A DNA stretch of 64,000 bases from Theionarchaea archaeon. GTDB lineage: Archaea > Methanobacteriota_B > Thermococci > Methanofastidiosales > SZ-28-30. Numbering within the stretch: position 1 is the stretch's first letter; every line of letters begins with the position of its first letter. The stretch is taken from assembly GCA_018992685.1 (NCBI GenBank), contig JACVGT010000013.1, positions 60,228-124,227 on the forward strand, in the 5' to 3' direction. The translations under genes were made by a program, and so were the position numbers. Shown one piece after another: positions 10,056-19,668 of the stretch. The notes under the pieces were generated by a model, which did not search any database, was not told the origin of the DNA, and worked only from the letters and a program-made list of their open reading frames with translations.

Positions 10056-10829
10056 GTGAGTGAAATGACTACCGAGCCGAGAGTACCCTCAGATAAGGAG
10101 ACATCTCTGGAAACGTCTCTTGATGAGGTGGAATTCTCTTCTCCGTCCCATGAGAGGGATGGAATTTGTCTTGATGAGCATCGTGCAGAAAACATTTGCT
10201 ATGAAACAGGTGGCGGGAAGTACACCAGCAATTATGAAATGAGAACCTGGCTGGAGACTATACAAAACATAGTCGGAGCTAATGGATTGAAATCTATCTT
10301 GAACCATGCCCATTTGCAGCACTATCAATCCAATCTCCCTCCCAAAGATTATCAGTTCAGAATTCCACTGGAGGATGTAGCGAACCTCTTTGGTTCATTG
10401 AACACCCTGTTTGGAGAACGGGGAACTCGCAGTTTGCAGCTGCGGATCGGTCGAGAATTCACGCGTGTTACTATTGACAACTACAATCCCGTGATGGCCA
10501 AGAGCCTCCAAATTGCCAGCCGATTGGTACCTGAAACCACCAAGATGCGCCTTGCTTTGCGAAAATTCAAGGAAGAGATGGAAAAGGGCCTGTCCTTGAC
10601 AATAGAACTCACAGAAGAATCCGATTGGTTTCTGCTTAGCATCAAGGGAATCTTTGTCAGTGAGGGAATTACATCAAAGACTCCTGTCTGCCACGCGTAT
10701 GTAGGTATACTCGATTATCTCATTGAATGGATCACCGGCCATCCCCATGAGGTCAGAGAAATCCAATGCAGAGCCCAGGGGTTCTCTGCAGATGTATTCA
10801 GGATATCAAAAAACACTGAGGAAGAGTGA
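10056..10829 (+). CDS. V4R domain protein
   Basis: C-terminal PVCH...G...EVREIQCRAQG...FRI V4R signature. Confidence 0.75.
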   Translation: MSEMTTEPRVPSDKETSLETSLDEVEFSSPSHERDGICLDEHRAENICYETGGGKYTSNYEMRTWLETIQNIVGANGLKSILNHAHLQHYQSNLPPKDYQFRIPLEDVANLFGSLNTLFGERGTRSLQLRIGREFTRVTIDNYNPVMAKSLQIASRLVPETTKMRLALRKFKEEMEKGLSLTIELTEESDWFLLSIKGIFVSEGITSKTPVCHAYVGILDYLIEWITGHPHEVREIQCRAQGFSADVFRISKNTEEE

Positions 10830-10863
10830 GGACACCAGCAGACAGAAGGTCTGCACGTGAAGC

Positions 10864-12207
10864 ATGTATCGGGAGGGAGAGACACGTATGTTGCGAAAAT
10901 TGGGTGCAAACGAGCGGGTGGTTTGGCAGACTATCCAGGCAGGTTCGATAAACTTCATCGTTGTAGCCCATGTCTTGGGACACGTGGAGGAGGCAAACCT
11001 GCGAATAGTCCTGGATCTTCTTTCAAAGCGTCATCCCCTGCTGAGGACTCGTATTGACATTCGGGAAGGAGAACCTTTCTTTACGTCGTTTGATGTTCCA
11101 GATATTCCTCTGAGAGTAGTAAGGAGAACCAGAAAGGCTCAATGGCAAGAAGAAGCAGAAACAGAAGTGAATACGACACTCCCTTGGGCAACAGGGCCCT
11201 TGCTGCGAGTAGTGCTCCTTCAGGATGATGAATGTAGTGACATAATGATACGGTTTCATCATGTGGTGGGTGACGGGAAGTCAGGTGTCTTCCTTGTGCA
11301 CGACCTGATGAGGCTCTTGGGACGTGTTTCAAGCGGGGAGATCCCGCAGGTAGAGCTGATGCCAGAAAGACCTCCAGTGGAAGAACTCCTCCCTCGTGTC
11401 AATACCCTGGAAGAACTCGTGAAGAGTGCTGCCCTTGCCAGTAAACAACTATTCAACCTGGTCGTGAGGCACCCTCGGAAACTGCCTGTAGATAAGAACG
11501 CTTTCTTAGAACCACTTTCGACCCGTATCGTGCACTGCATCCTCTCGGAAGAAGACACAGGTGCTCTGGTGGAACGATGCAGAACGGAATCAACATCGGT
11601 TCATGGGGCGATCTGTGCAGCTATGCTCACAGCAGTCCAAGAGCAGATCTGTGATTCTGAGCACGTAGATTCCATCACCGTGAACTGCATGTCCCCGGTG
11701 GACCTCCGCCCATTTCTCAACCCCCCACTCGGAGAAGAATTGGGATTTTTCGCATCCATGGTAATTACAGCCCACAAGTTCCACGACAACAGTACATTCT
11801 GGGATCTCGCTCGTAATGTTCGACATCAAGTGCAGAACTCTATCCAGAGTGGGGGTCCCTTTGTATTCATCTCTCTCCTGGACAAATTGACTCCTCGTGA
11901 TGCTCAGCCCTCTGAATTTGCCAAAAGAGCCTCTGAAATTTACCCCGCACCTATCATGGTTACGAATCTACGGCACATTGCCATGCCACGAGAATATGGA
12001 TCCCTGAACTTGGGAAAACTACACTTTGCAGTCTCAAACAAAGCAGTTCCTGATCTATTCAATGCAGCAGTGGCAACGTTCGCTGAAAGACTGGCCATCA
12101 ATTTCTCCTATGTGGAACCTGTGGTATCCCCGGAGCGCGCACACGCCCTTGTTGAGGACACCATGGGAATACTCAATGCCCAGCTCCACTCAAAAAGCGT
12201 TGCCTGA
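10864..12207 (+). CDS. Stand-alone condensation-domain / PapA5-like acyltransferase
   Basis: Motifs RHPLLRT, catalytic HHVVGDG (HHxxxDG) and SPVDLR. Confidence 0.8.
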   Translation: MYREGETRMLRKLGANERVVWQTIQAGSINFIVVAHVLGHVEEANLRIVLDLLSKRHPLLRTRIDIREGEPFFTSFDVPDIPLRVVRRTRKAQWQEEAETEVNTTLPWATGPLLRVVLLQDDECSDIMIRFHHVVGDGKSGVFLVHDLMRLLGRVSSGEIPQVELMPERPPVEELLPRVNTLEELVKSAALASKQLFNLVVRHPRKLPVDKNAFLEPLSTRIVHCILSEEDTGALVERCRTESTSVHGAICAAMLTAVQEQICDSEHVDSITVNCMSPVDLRPFLNPPLGEELGFFASMVITAHKFHDNSTFWDLARNVRHQVQNSIQSGGPFVFISLLDKLTPRDAQPSEFAKRASEIYPAPIMVTNLRHIAMPREYGSLNLGKLHFAVSNKAVPDLFNAAVATFAERLAINFSYVEPVVSPERAHALVEDTMGILNAQLHSKSVA

Positions 12208-12376
12208 AACAGTTGCCTCTCTCAAAACGGCCATCTCAAAAAGGAAGAAAAGGAGATTATTCTTCATCCTTCTCCTGTTCAGAGCTTTGAGCCATCAGTT
12301 CTTCATAGACAACATATAAGACTCCAAGACAGGCGACAATTCCTAGGCAGAGCCAGAGTGTTACCCACCAGTACAT

Positions 12377-14230
12377 TTAGCCACCTCCCAATGCTGAAAC
12401 CACAACATTGATGAGCACCATGACCAGCGGAGCCAGTGCAATCCCACCCAGAACCAATCCTGCCGCAAAGGGTTTCCCTTTTTCGTCCATCCACGCTGTT
12501 CCTTTCACTCGTTCCACGATTGCCCGGACTAAGCCTCCTATGAAGAACGTGCTGGTATACAGGGGGCCCACCAGTGCTCCAATACCCACAGCAGTCAACA
12601 CGAAGGGCAGATTTCGCTTCTGCAAAAAGAACACTACAATCCCGATGAGAAGCCCAGCCAGTACAAAGAAGCCGTCAAAGACGAGACCCATCTGCCCTGT
12701 CGAGAAGGCAACAATACTCGTAGCCACACTCTGCATGTTGGCCATGGGGAGTGCAACTCCACCTACTCCATAGAAATGCCATATCAGGAACACGAAAGGA
12801 GTGGATATCAACCATCCAAAGCACCATCCAAGAAGCGCCCCGAGATACTGATGCTTGGGGTTCACGTCAAAGGCTTCACCCACTTTTAGTGCTTCCATTT
12901 GTCCTGCTGCAAACCGAGAACCCTGCAGACTTTCTGTGATGGCGAACCCGCTGAATCCGAGAACTCCCAAGGAGCTCAGTGCGAATTGCCTTATTGAATC
13001 TGTTATTCCAGCGAATTGAGACAGCCACACGATTCCTGCCTCTCCTGCTATCCTGGTGTCAATCAGAATTGCCAGCAAGAATAACCCCAGAAGAATGCAC
13101 CCTACCAGCATCGCCTTTGACACACTCAGGGGAAATTCACTGACAAATCGATCAAAGGACAACACAGAGGCCAGCATCAGCACCGCTGCGGAGAAGACAA
13201 TGAAGACAATCACTGTACTCTTAGACGGTTTCCACGTAACCCTGGACCCTGAAAGTAGTGGGGAAATTAGTTTCAATATGAGAGGAGCCAACCCCGCCGT
13301 TATCAGCAACCCTGCTGCAATTGATAGCCCATAGGGGTACCTGAAATCAGTCCACTGATTTGAAAAGAACGCGTAGCCCTTTATTGTACCCCTGCTCACC
13401 AGGAGTGCACTGAGAAACACATAGAAAGCCACAGCACTTCCGAACATATTGAATGTTGACCGGGCGGACATGAGCATTCCTAAGCCGATGAACCCCAGAC
13501 TGATGATAACACAGAACAATGCCCCATGAAGGACTGATCCTACATAGGGTGTCAGGTCCAGCAGCCGGAAATGAGCGGAGATGTTCTTCAACCAGTCTGG
13601 AGCAATTCCCAGAGAGGAAGGATAATACACAAAGACAAAGTCCACCACAAACCCGATAATCATCCCATAGAAGAGGGAATCCAGCCTGTATTTCTCAAGG
13701 TGGAGCCCCTTGATGAACTGAACACCTGCCTGAGCCTCAGGGAAGGCAAGGTCTTCTTCCGTGATCAGACTGTTTCTCAGCCAGATAACCACCATCAGTG
13801 CGGCAATCCCTGATATAATGGCGACCGGCACCATCCAGGAAAGAGGTGTAATCCAGCTTTTGGAGAGTATGACGCCTTCCTGCAGCACATTTCCATATAA
13901 CGTCTTGTTGGGCAGAACCCAGTCAGGAATTCGCATTCCTGCAGACTCAGGAACCCCGTACGAAGAAATAAGAACCCAGGCAAGAGGGAAGATGGAAAAG
14001 GCAAAAGCTGCAGCCTGGTGAACAGTGTAACTGATAACCGCCTCTTTGGATGAGGGGGGTGGTGCCTGGAACAAGGAAGCATAGGCGAATAATGCAGCTA
14101 CAGAAATCATGGCCCCAGTAATCATGAGGCCAACAGTGAGCACCAGAAATGCATTTACCACCGCTACGAGGCTGCCGAAGACTAATCCGATAAGCAACGA
14201 TCGAGCGGTAAAAGTTTTCTCTGTCATCAT
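12377..14230 (-). CDS. OPT/YSL family oligopeptide transporter
   Basis: Motifs FTARSLLIG, LAFPE and LKVG, with many TM helices. A TATA lies ~25 nt upstream of the ATG at 14230. Confidence 0.75.
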   Translation of the reverse strand: MMTEKTFTARSLLIGLVFGSLVAVVNAFLVLTVGLMITGAMISVAALFAYASLFQAPPPSSKEAVISYTVHQAAAFAFSIFPLAWVLISSYGVPESAGMRIPDWVLPNKTLYGNVLQEGVILSKSWITPLSWMVPVAIISGIAALMVVIWLRNSLITEEDLAFPEAQAGVQFIKGLHLEKYRLDSLFYGMIIGFVVDFVFVYYPSSLGIAPDWLKNISAHFRLLDLTPYVGSVLHGALFCVIISLGFIGLGMLMSARSTFNMFGSAVAFYVFLSALLVSRGTIKGYAFFSNQWTDFRYPYGLSIAAGLLITAGLAPLILKLISPLLSGSRVTWKPSKSTVIVFIVFSAAVLMLASVLSFDRFVSEFPLSVSKAMLVGCILLGLFLLAILIDTRIAGEAGIVWLSQFAGITDSIRQFALSSLGVLGFSGFAITESLQGSRFAAGQMEALKVGEAFDVNPKHQYLGALLGWCFGWLISTPFVFLIWHFYGVGGVALPMANMQSVATSIVAFSTGQMGLVFDGFFVLAGLLIGIVVFFLQKRNLPFVLTAVGIGALVGPLYTSTFFIGGLVRAIVERVKGTAWMDEKGKPFAAGLVLGGIALAPLVMVLINVVVSALGGG

Positions 14231-14489
14231 CAAGAAAGACTTTGATAGTAATATAAATATTTCGGTGATCCGATCCAGGGACTGTGTCATTCGTTTTGTG
14301 AAGCGCATATCCCAAGAGCAAGAGTAAATGAGCATAGAGAAATCATCTCTTTCCTATTTTGACCTTCATGCCACTACTTCAGCACCTTCATCTTGGCGTG
14401 AGATTCTGCTTCGATCTTGGCTTCAATGATCTCCGGAATTACCGATGGGTTCTTCTGAGGTTGTCAATGGGCTCCTCTTTCGTTTCGCC

Positions 14490-14645
14490 TCAAGAAGCAT
14501 CTCTGACCAGAATGTATTCAGGGAAAACGACAGGGCACGCCTCTTGTTCAACTCCTGCAATGGCTTTGAATTTCACTGTGTGAGAGTAGTGATATGTCCG
14601 GTCCACCTTCTGGACTGCGGAAAGAACCTCTTGGTCAATCTTCAT
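14490..14645 (-). CDS. Small hypothetical protein (51 aa)
   Basis: ORF MKIDQEVL...VRDAS downstream of a TATA-like TATATAG and a 10-bp palindrome. Confidence 0.35.
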   Translation of the reverse strand: MKIDQEVLSAVQKVDRTYHYSHTVKFKAIAGVEQEACPVVFPEYILVRDAS

Positions 14646-14811
14646 TATGCTATACCTGTTCCTTTTTGTGGGCAAAAAGGAAACTATCTATATATTGAAT
14701 AAGGCAACAGAAAGAAAAGTGTAAGTGTTCCTTTTTCCAGTAATGCAATCTTTTCATATTTATAGAGGGGAAAGCAAAACCATATAAAGGATATGACACA
14801 CAGAAAATGCA

Positions 14812-16206
14812 ATGCACCTGTACCTCATTCCTCCAGCTGTAGCCCTTGTGGGTAATGCAGCCATGGGATTCCACCTGATGAGAAGAACCCCCAGTTCACG
14901 GGTGACCCGTGCATTTTCATTTCTCATATTGCTGCTCATGGGCTGGGCGTTCTCTGAAATCATGATGAGAAGCAGCCCCGATGAAGAGACTGCCCTTTTC
15001 TGGGGAAGAATCCTGTATCTGAATAGTTTCTTCCTGCCTTCGGCATTTGTTGTCCTGGCCTACGTGTATACCGGTGGCAGGAAACGTGTGTTCACTTTTC
15101 TGCCGTATTCCACCGGGTTCTTTTTCATTTGGTTCTTGTTCACCGATAACTTCCTGGTGGGAATGGAGGAAATCCCTCCCTGGGGGTATGATGCGGTTGT
15201 TGGTCCTTTATTCACTCATTTCATTGGAGGATACTTGGGAGTCATAGCTGTAGGGACTCTGGTTCTGCTGCGCTACTACAAGAAGAGTTCTTTCACAGAA
15301 AAGCGGAGATTGCAGGCCATGCTGACCGGCTTCCTGCTTTCTCTTGTCCTGATCGCAATCACCAACTTGCTCTCCCGGATAAAAGATCTCCCACTTCCCC
15401 GTATGGGCTCCATGTTCACTCTCATAGCTACTCTGAGCTTTGCCTATGGAATTCTGAGATACCAGTTGCTCATTGTGCCCACCCGGGAGAGAGCCAAGGA
15501 GACGCTGGATGCACGATGCGGAGCGCTCTGCACCTCGTGTGGCAGATACCTTGAAGGTGAGTGTCCCAGTTGCGAGCAGGGAGAAAGGGGGTTGAGGGAA
15601 AGCTGCCCTATCTATCAATGCTCCGTGCAAAAGGGTGTGCTGTGTGAAAGCTGTTCCCTCCTTCTTGGATGCGAGACCTACAAAACACACTCTGAACAAT
15701 GTCCATTCAGGACAGATCAGTTTGGACTCAAAGCCAGAAACAGCTACCTGTGGGAAGATGCGGACCCTGATGTAGCTTTCCAAATATTTAAGGATTATAC
15801 CATCAGAGGATCTTTCGGACTCCTCATTACCAGAGAGTATCCTGAAAAAGTGAGAGAGAAGTATGACCTTCCCCATGTGAGTGTACTGTGGCTGAGCCAA
15901 CTCGAAGAACATGAAAAAGGGGTGGATCCCACCAATCTCCCACGGCTGACGCATACTGTAACCCAGTTTGTCAGACAGACTCCTCAGTCCTTTGTGCTGC
16001 TCACAGGGCTGGAGTATTTGGTGGTTCACAATGGATTTGAGAGAGTCCTCAAGCACGTGCACATGATCAATGATCAGGTGATGACTCACAGCTCTCGGCT
16101 GCTCGTTGTTGTGGATCCCAAGACACTCGATCCAAAAGAACTAAGCCTTCTGCAGAGAGAATTGCGTTCTTTGAAGAAGGAAAACCTTTTTAAATATCCT
16201 GCATAA
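14812..16206 (+). CDS. Membrane sensor: HisKA_7TM-like N-terminus + Cys-rich (DUF3795-like) domain + DUF835
   Basis: Seven hydrophobic segments, then CGALCTSC..CPSC..CPIYQC..CESC..C, then DUF835 motifs GLLITR, VLWLS, DPTNL and GLEYL. Confidence 0.8.
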   Translation: MHLYLIPPAVALVGNAAMGFHLMRRTPSSRVTRAFSFLILLLMGWAFSEIMMRSSPDEETALFWGRILYLNSFFLPSAFVVLAYVYTGGRKRVFTFLPYSTGFFFIWFLFTDNFLVGMEEIPPWGYDAVVGPLFTHFIGGYLGVIAVGTLVLLRYYKKSSFTEKRRLQAMLTGFLLSLVLIAITNLLSRIKDLPLPRMGSMFTLIATLSFAYGILRYQLLIVPTRERAKETLDARCGALCTSCGRYLEGECPSCEQGERGLRESCPIYQCSVQKGVLCESCSLLLGCETYKTHSEQCPFRTDQFGLKARNSYLWEDADPDVAFQIFKDYTIRGSFGLLITREYPEKVREKYDLPHVSVLWLSQLEEHEKGVDPTNLPRLTHTVTQFVRQTPQSFVLLTGLEYLVVHNGFERVLKHVHMINDQVMTHSSRLLVVVDPKTLDPKELSLLQRELRSLKKENLFKYPA

Positions 16207-16209
16207 GAA

Positions 16210-16797
16210 ATGGTAATGGATCTCGTTGGAATAATTCCCACAGGGAAGGTCTGGGGTCTAATTCTAAGGGATTTGATACTTGATTCGAAGACATTGTTCG
16301 AAAAAGCTGGAAAAAAGCTAATGATAGACATATTGACAGAACGTCCGTGCCCTCTTCCCAGGCTAGCCTATGACAAGGATTTGAGGAAGTATCGAGTAGA
16401 AGGGTTTTACCTGCAAGCCTTCGATCTGAAAAGTGAAGTCGAACGTCTTCATCAGCTATCCATTAACAAGGTTCTGGTGTTGACTGATGTAGACATCTGT
16501 GACCCACCGTATATGAACGGCTTTGGCTTTGCTGACACCGTCAATCGGATGTTTGCCATTGTTTCTATTTTCAAATTGGAAAAGGGTGCCAGTGAGAATA
16601 TACTGAGAGATCGTCTGGTAAAAGAAGCAGCACACGAGCTGGGTCACACGTATGGGCTGGACCACTGTGCCAGGAGCAGGTGCCCTATGAGTGATTCACC
16701 ATCAATCCTTGAGATAGACCAGAAAGACAAAGAATTTTGTCCACGGTGTACGGAGATGCTCTCAGACAGCGGGTATGGGAAGTACTGGGGTGCTTGA
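16210..16797 (+). CDS. amzA: Archaemetzincin family Zn metalloprotease
   Basis: KEAAHELGHTYGLDHC...CPM...FCPRC. Confidence 0.8.
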   Translation: MVMDLVGIIPTGKVWGLILRDLILDSKTLFEKAGKKLMIDILTERPCPLPRLAYDKDLRKYRVEGFYLQAFDLKSEVERLHQLSINKVLVLTDVDICDPPYMNGFGFADTVNRMFAIVSIFKLEKGASENILRDRLVKEAAHELGHTYGLDHCARSRCPMSDSPSILEIDQKDKEFCPRCTEMLSDSGYGKYWGA

Positions 16798-17584
16798 GGT
16801 GATCTACTATTACCCAGGTGAAGCCTTCCCTGCAATTTCTGTCACCGGCAGGCACTGTGAGTTGATGTGTCCTCACTGCCGGGGACGATACTTGGAATCC
16901 ATGGTTGAAGCCAGGACGGAGCAAGATCTTATCACTGTATGCAGGGATGTGGAAAATCAAGGTGGTTTGGGTTGCTTGATCTCGGGAGGATGTGACAGCA
17001 GGGGGAGAGTCCCTCTACCTCTACATGCCATCAAAAGGGTGAGAGAGGAAACTCGCCTCATACTGAATGTGCACACAGGTCTTGTCCATCACCCCGTTGC
17101 AGCAGCGCTGCGGGAAATAAACCCCTACATTTCCTTTGAAATCCCGACAGAGGCTGTTCTGCATGAACTATATCAGATCGAGGCTGAACAGGAAGACTAC
17201 TTTCAATCTCTCTTGCTGCTCAGGGGGTTACGAGTGATCCCTCACATCATGGTGGGATTCAGGACAGAACAGGAGTCTGATACCATGTCCCGGGTGAAGG
17301 ATATGGGATTTACCACCTTGGTTCTCATTGTGTTTACCCCCACTCGGGGAACACCGTTTGAGAATCACGTAGTTGAACCGCGTAGAATCAGAGAGAGTAT
17401 TGAGAAGGCACGCTCGCTGTTTCCTCGCCTTCTTCTTGGATGCATGCGACCCCGGATAAAAGAGCTGGAGAAATGTGCTCCTCTGTTTGATGGAGTTGTC
17501 GTGCCCACGCCTTGGGCAAAAGCAGCTGTGAAACAGGCTGGACTGCCTGTGAGGGTCATGAAAACCTGCTGCGTGGTAGAATGA
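16790..17584 (+). CDS. lipS1: Radical SAM lipoyl synthase component LipS1
   Basis: CELMCPHC, GCMRP and the C-terminal CC motif, as in Thermococcus LipS1. Confidence 0.75.
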   Translation: MLEVIYYYPGEAFPAISVTGRHCELMCPHCRGRYLESMVEARTEQDLITVCRDVENQGGLGCLISGGCDSRGRVPLPLHAIKRVREETRLILNVHTGLVHHPVAAALREINPYISFEIPTEAVLHELYQIEAEQEDYFQSLLLLRGLRVIPHIMVGFRTEQESDTMSRVKDMGFTTLVLIVFTPTRGTPFENHVVEPRRIRESIEKARSLFPRLLLGCMRPRIKELEKCAPLFDGVVVPTPWAKAAVKQAGLPVRVMKTCCVVE

Positions 17585-18519
17585 AAACGATACGCGTTTC
17601 CCTGGGCTCTGCAGCCGCGTTGGGACTGAAAAAGGTCAGAGTAGATTGTCTGCCTACCACCATATACCTCATGACCCCTGGGACGTGCAGGGCACGATGC
17701 CTGTTTTGCTCCCAGTGGACACAAAACGGCTATTTGTCCAGAGTCTACTGGCCCGAATTCGGCGTGAAGGATGTGCTATCCCATTTGGGAAAGAAAGATC
17801 AAAGGGTCTGCATCCAGTGCCTCAACTATGATGGTGTATTTGATGACATCCTGGAATTTGCAGTGCAATTGCAGAACAGAGTGAGTGCTATTTCTGTTTC
17901 TGCCCATCCTTTTTCTGAGGAAGAAATTCGCATCCTGCATCCCCTTGTGGATCGGGTTTCAATCAATATGGACTGCGCAACACAAAATCTTTTCAGAAAG
18001 ATCAAGCCATACTACTCGTGGGAGAACCATCTGTCATCCTTGCTACATGCGAGGCAGATCTTCGGTGCATTCAAGGCCGGTTCCCACTTGATTGTAGGGC
18101 TTGGTGAGACTGAAGAGGAAATAGGTCGAATGATGACCTGGCTGTACCGCCATGAGCTTTCGTGCTCTCTGTTTGCTTTTACTCCCCTGCCAGGTACTCC
18201 CCTTGAAAAAATGAAGAAACCAGATATCACCTACTACAGACGGGTACAAGCTGCCCACTATTTCATATATGACAGACATGAAACGCTTCAATTTGAGAAT
18301 GGACTCATCTCGAATCTTCTGGGTGACATTCTCCCGGATGCATTCGTCACCAGGGGGTGTCCTGGATGCAACAGACCATACTACACCGAAACTCCCCGCA
18401 GTGTGTATAATTTTCCGTGCGTCCCTGTCGGAAAGAAATGGGACCTGGTCGTGGCCCAGTTGAAAGGAGGAGAAAAAGGAAGCAGTGACAGCAGATCAAC
18501 CCTGGAAAAGAGTGAATAA
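17581..18519 (+). CDS. lipS2: Radical SAM lipoyl synthase component LipS2
   Basis: IRVSLGSA, PTTIYLM, CRARCLFC and the TRGCPGCNRP motif. ATGA overlap with lipS1. Confidence 0.75.
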   Translation: MKTIRVSLGSAAALGLKKVRVDCLPTTIYLMTPGTCRARCLFCSQWTQNGYLSRVYWPEFGVKDVLSHLGKKDQRVCIQCLNYDGVFDDILEFAVQLQNRVSAISVSAHPFSEEEIRILHPLVDRVSINMDCATQNLFRKIKPYYSWENHLSSLLHARQIFGAFKAGSHLIVGLGETEEEIGRMMTWLYRHELSCSLFAFTPLPGTPLEKMKKPDITYYRRVQAAHYFIYDRHETLQFENGLISNLLGDILPDAFVTRGCPGCNRPYYTETPRSVYNFPCVPVGKKWDLVVAQLKGGEKGSSDSRSTLEKSE

Positions 18520-18540
18520 TCTCCGTCTCGCCTGCTATGT

Positions 18541-19563
18541 TCATGTTGCTGCATCAAATATCTGGTTTAGATCAACATGCCTTCGTACAAGTTCCTTGAC
18601 CAGGGGTGCTCTGTGAGGTCGCAGCTCGGCCACCGTCTGCTCACACCTGTAGGCTGTGGTCATGGTGTCATAAGGAACCATCACAACAGGGACATGCAGC
18701 TCATCTGCCTTTGTCAGAACATCTATAGAAGGATAGCTGCTCCCCGTAAGTACCAGGAGGCTGCTTCCGAAATCGAGGGCAAGAAGTTGCATGTCCGCCC
18801 TGTCACCTCCTGTCACCATGATAGTCTTCTGAGGAAATCCCATCTGCTGCAACGTTCTTTGAGCTGTGTCATACGTCATGGCCCCCACCACTGTGACACC
18901 CACCATGTTATTTAGGCCTTCTTCTCCTGCAAGAAGCTCTCCGTCCAAAGCATCCAGAACGTCTTCGGATGTGGGAGTCTTGAGTTCTTCATCCTCCGGA
19001 ATTATTCCCAAAAGATCGATTCCCCGTTCTTCCAGTCGTGACTGAAGGTCATCTTCTAGTGATGAAGCTTTGTTGATCACCACTCCCAGCATTACAGCCT
19101 CTTTCACAGCAAAACACCGCCCTGCCATAACGCTCTTGTCGATTATCTTTTCAGAGGTACCTTCTGTTATGAGCAATGCTGGTACCCCCAGTTGTGAGCC
19201 AATCTGGGGAGCGCTCAATCCAGTATAGGAACCGTATGAGAGTGTGTGAGCAGTCTCAATGATGGTGAAATCCTTTCCTTCCGAGAGCTCTTGATATCGT
19301 TGCGTCAACAAGGGAGTGAGATCTGTCTGTGCCTCAAGATCGTGCATAATCCTGTGATAGTCCTTCGACAAGTTGAAAGACTCAACATCCTCCGCCAAGC
19401 CGAATACTTCTGTGAATAAGAGAACATCTCTATCCTGCCCGTGGTCAAGGTTTGTCCCCAGTGGCTTGAAAAACCCCACGTTCCCTGGATAATTGAGACC
19501 AATTCCCAGACCCACCATGGTCTTGCCGGCATTTTTGCTGGTCGAAGTAATCAGCAAGCTCAT
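18541..19563 (-). CDS. BioD-like/DRTGG phosphotransacetylase N-terminal family protein
   Basis: Motifs NAGKT, FFKPLG, VGAM and TGGDRADMQL (DRTGG). Confidence 0.85.
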   Translation of the reverse strand: MSLLITSTSKNAGKTMVGLGIGLNYPGNVGFFKPLGTNLDHGQDRDVLLFTEVFGLAEDVESFNLSKDYHRIMHDLEAQTDLTPLLTQRYQELSEGKDFTIIETAHTLSYGSYTGLSAPQIGSQLGVPALLITEGTSEKIIDKSVMAGRCFAVKEAVMLGVVINKASSLEDDLQSRLEERGIDLLGIIPEDEELKTPTSEDVLDALDGELLAGEEGLNNMVGVTVVGAMTYDTAQRTLQQMGFPQKTIMVTGGDRADMQLLALDFGSSLLVLTGSSYPSIDVLTKADELHVPVVMVPYDTMTTAYRCEQTVAELRPHRAPLVKELVRRHVDLNQIFDAAT

Positions 19564-19668
19564 GAACTTTCTTCCTTTCCACGCTATAAATAGGTTTGGT
19601 TCTCATTAACTTGCATAGAAATAGTAGTTTAATCGGAATCAAAATACAAAAAAGAGAGAAAAGATAGA

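Noticed and set aside
15208-16089. 293-aa minus-strand ORF
   Set aside because: Antisense shadow of the DUF835 sensor, with no recognisable motifs.
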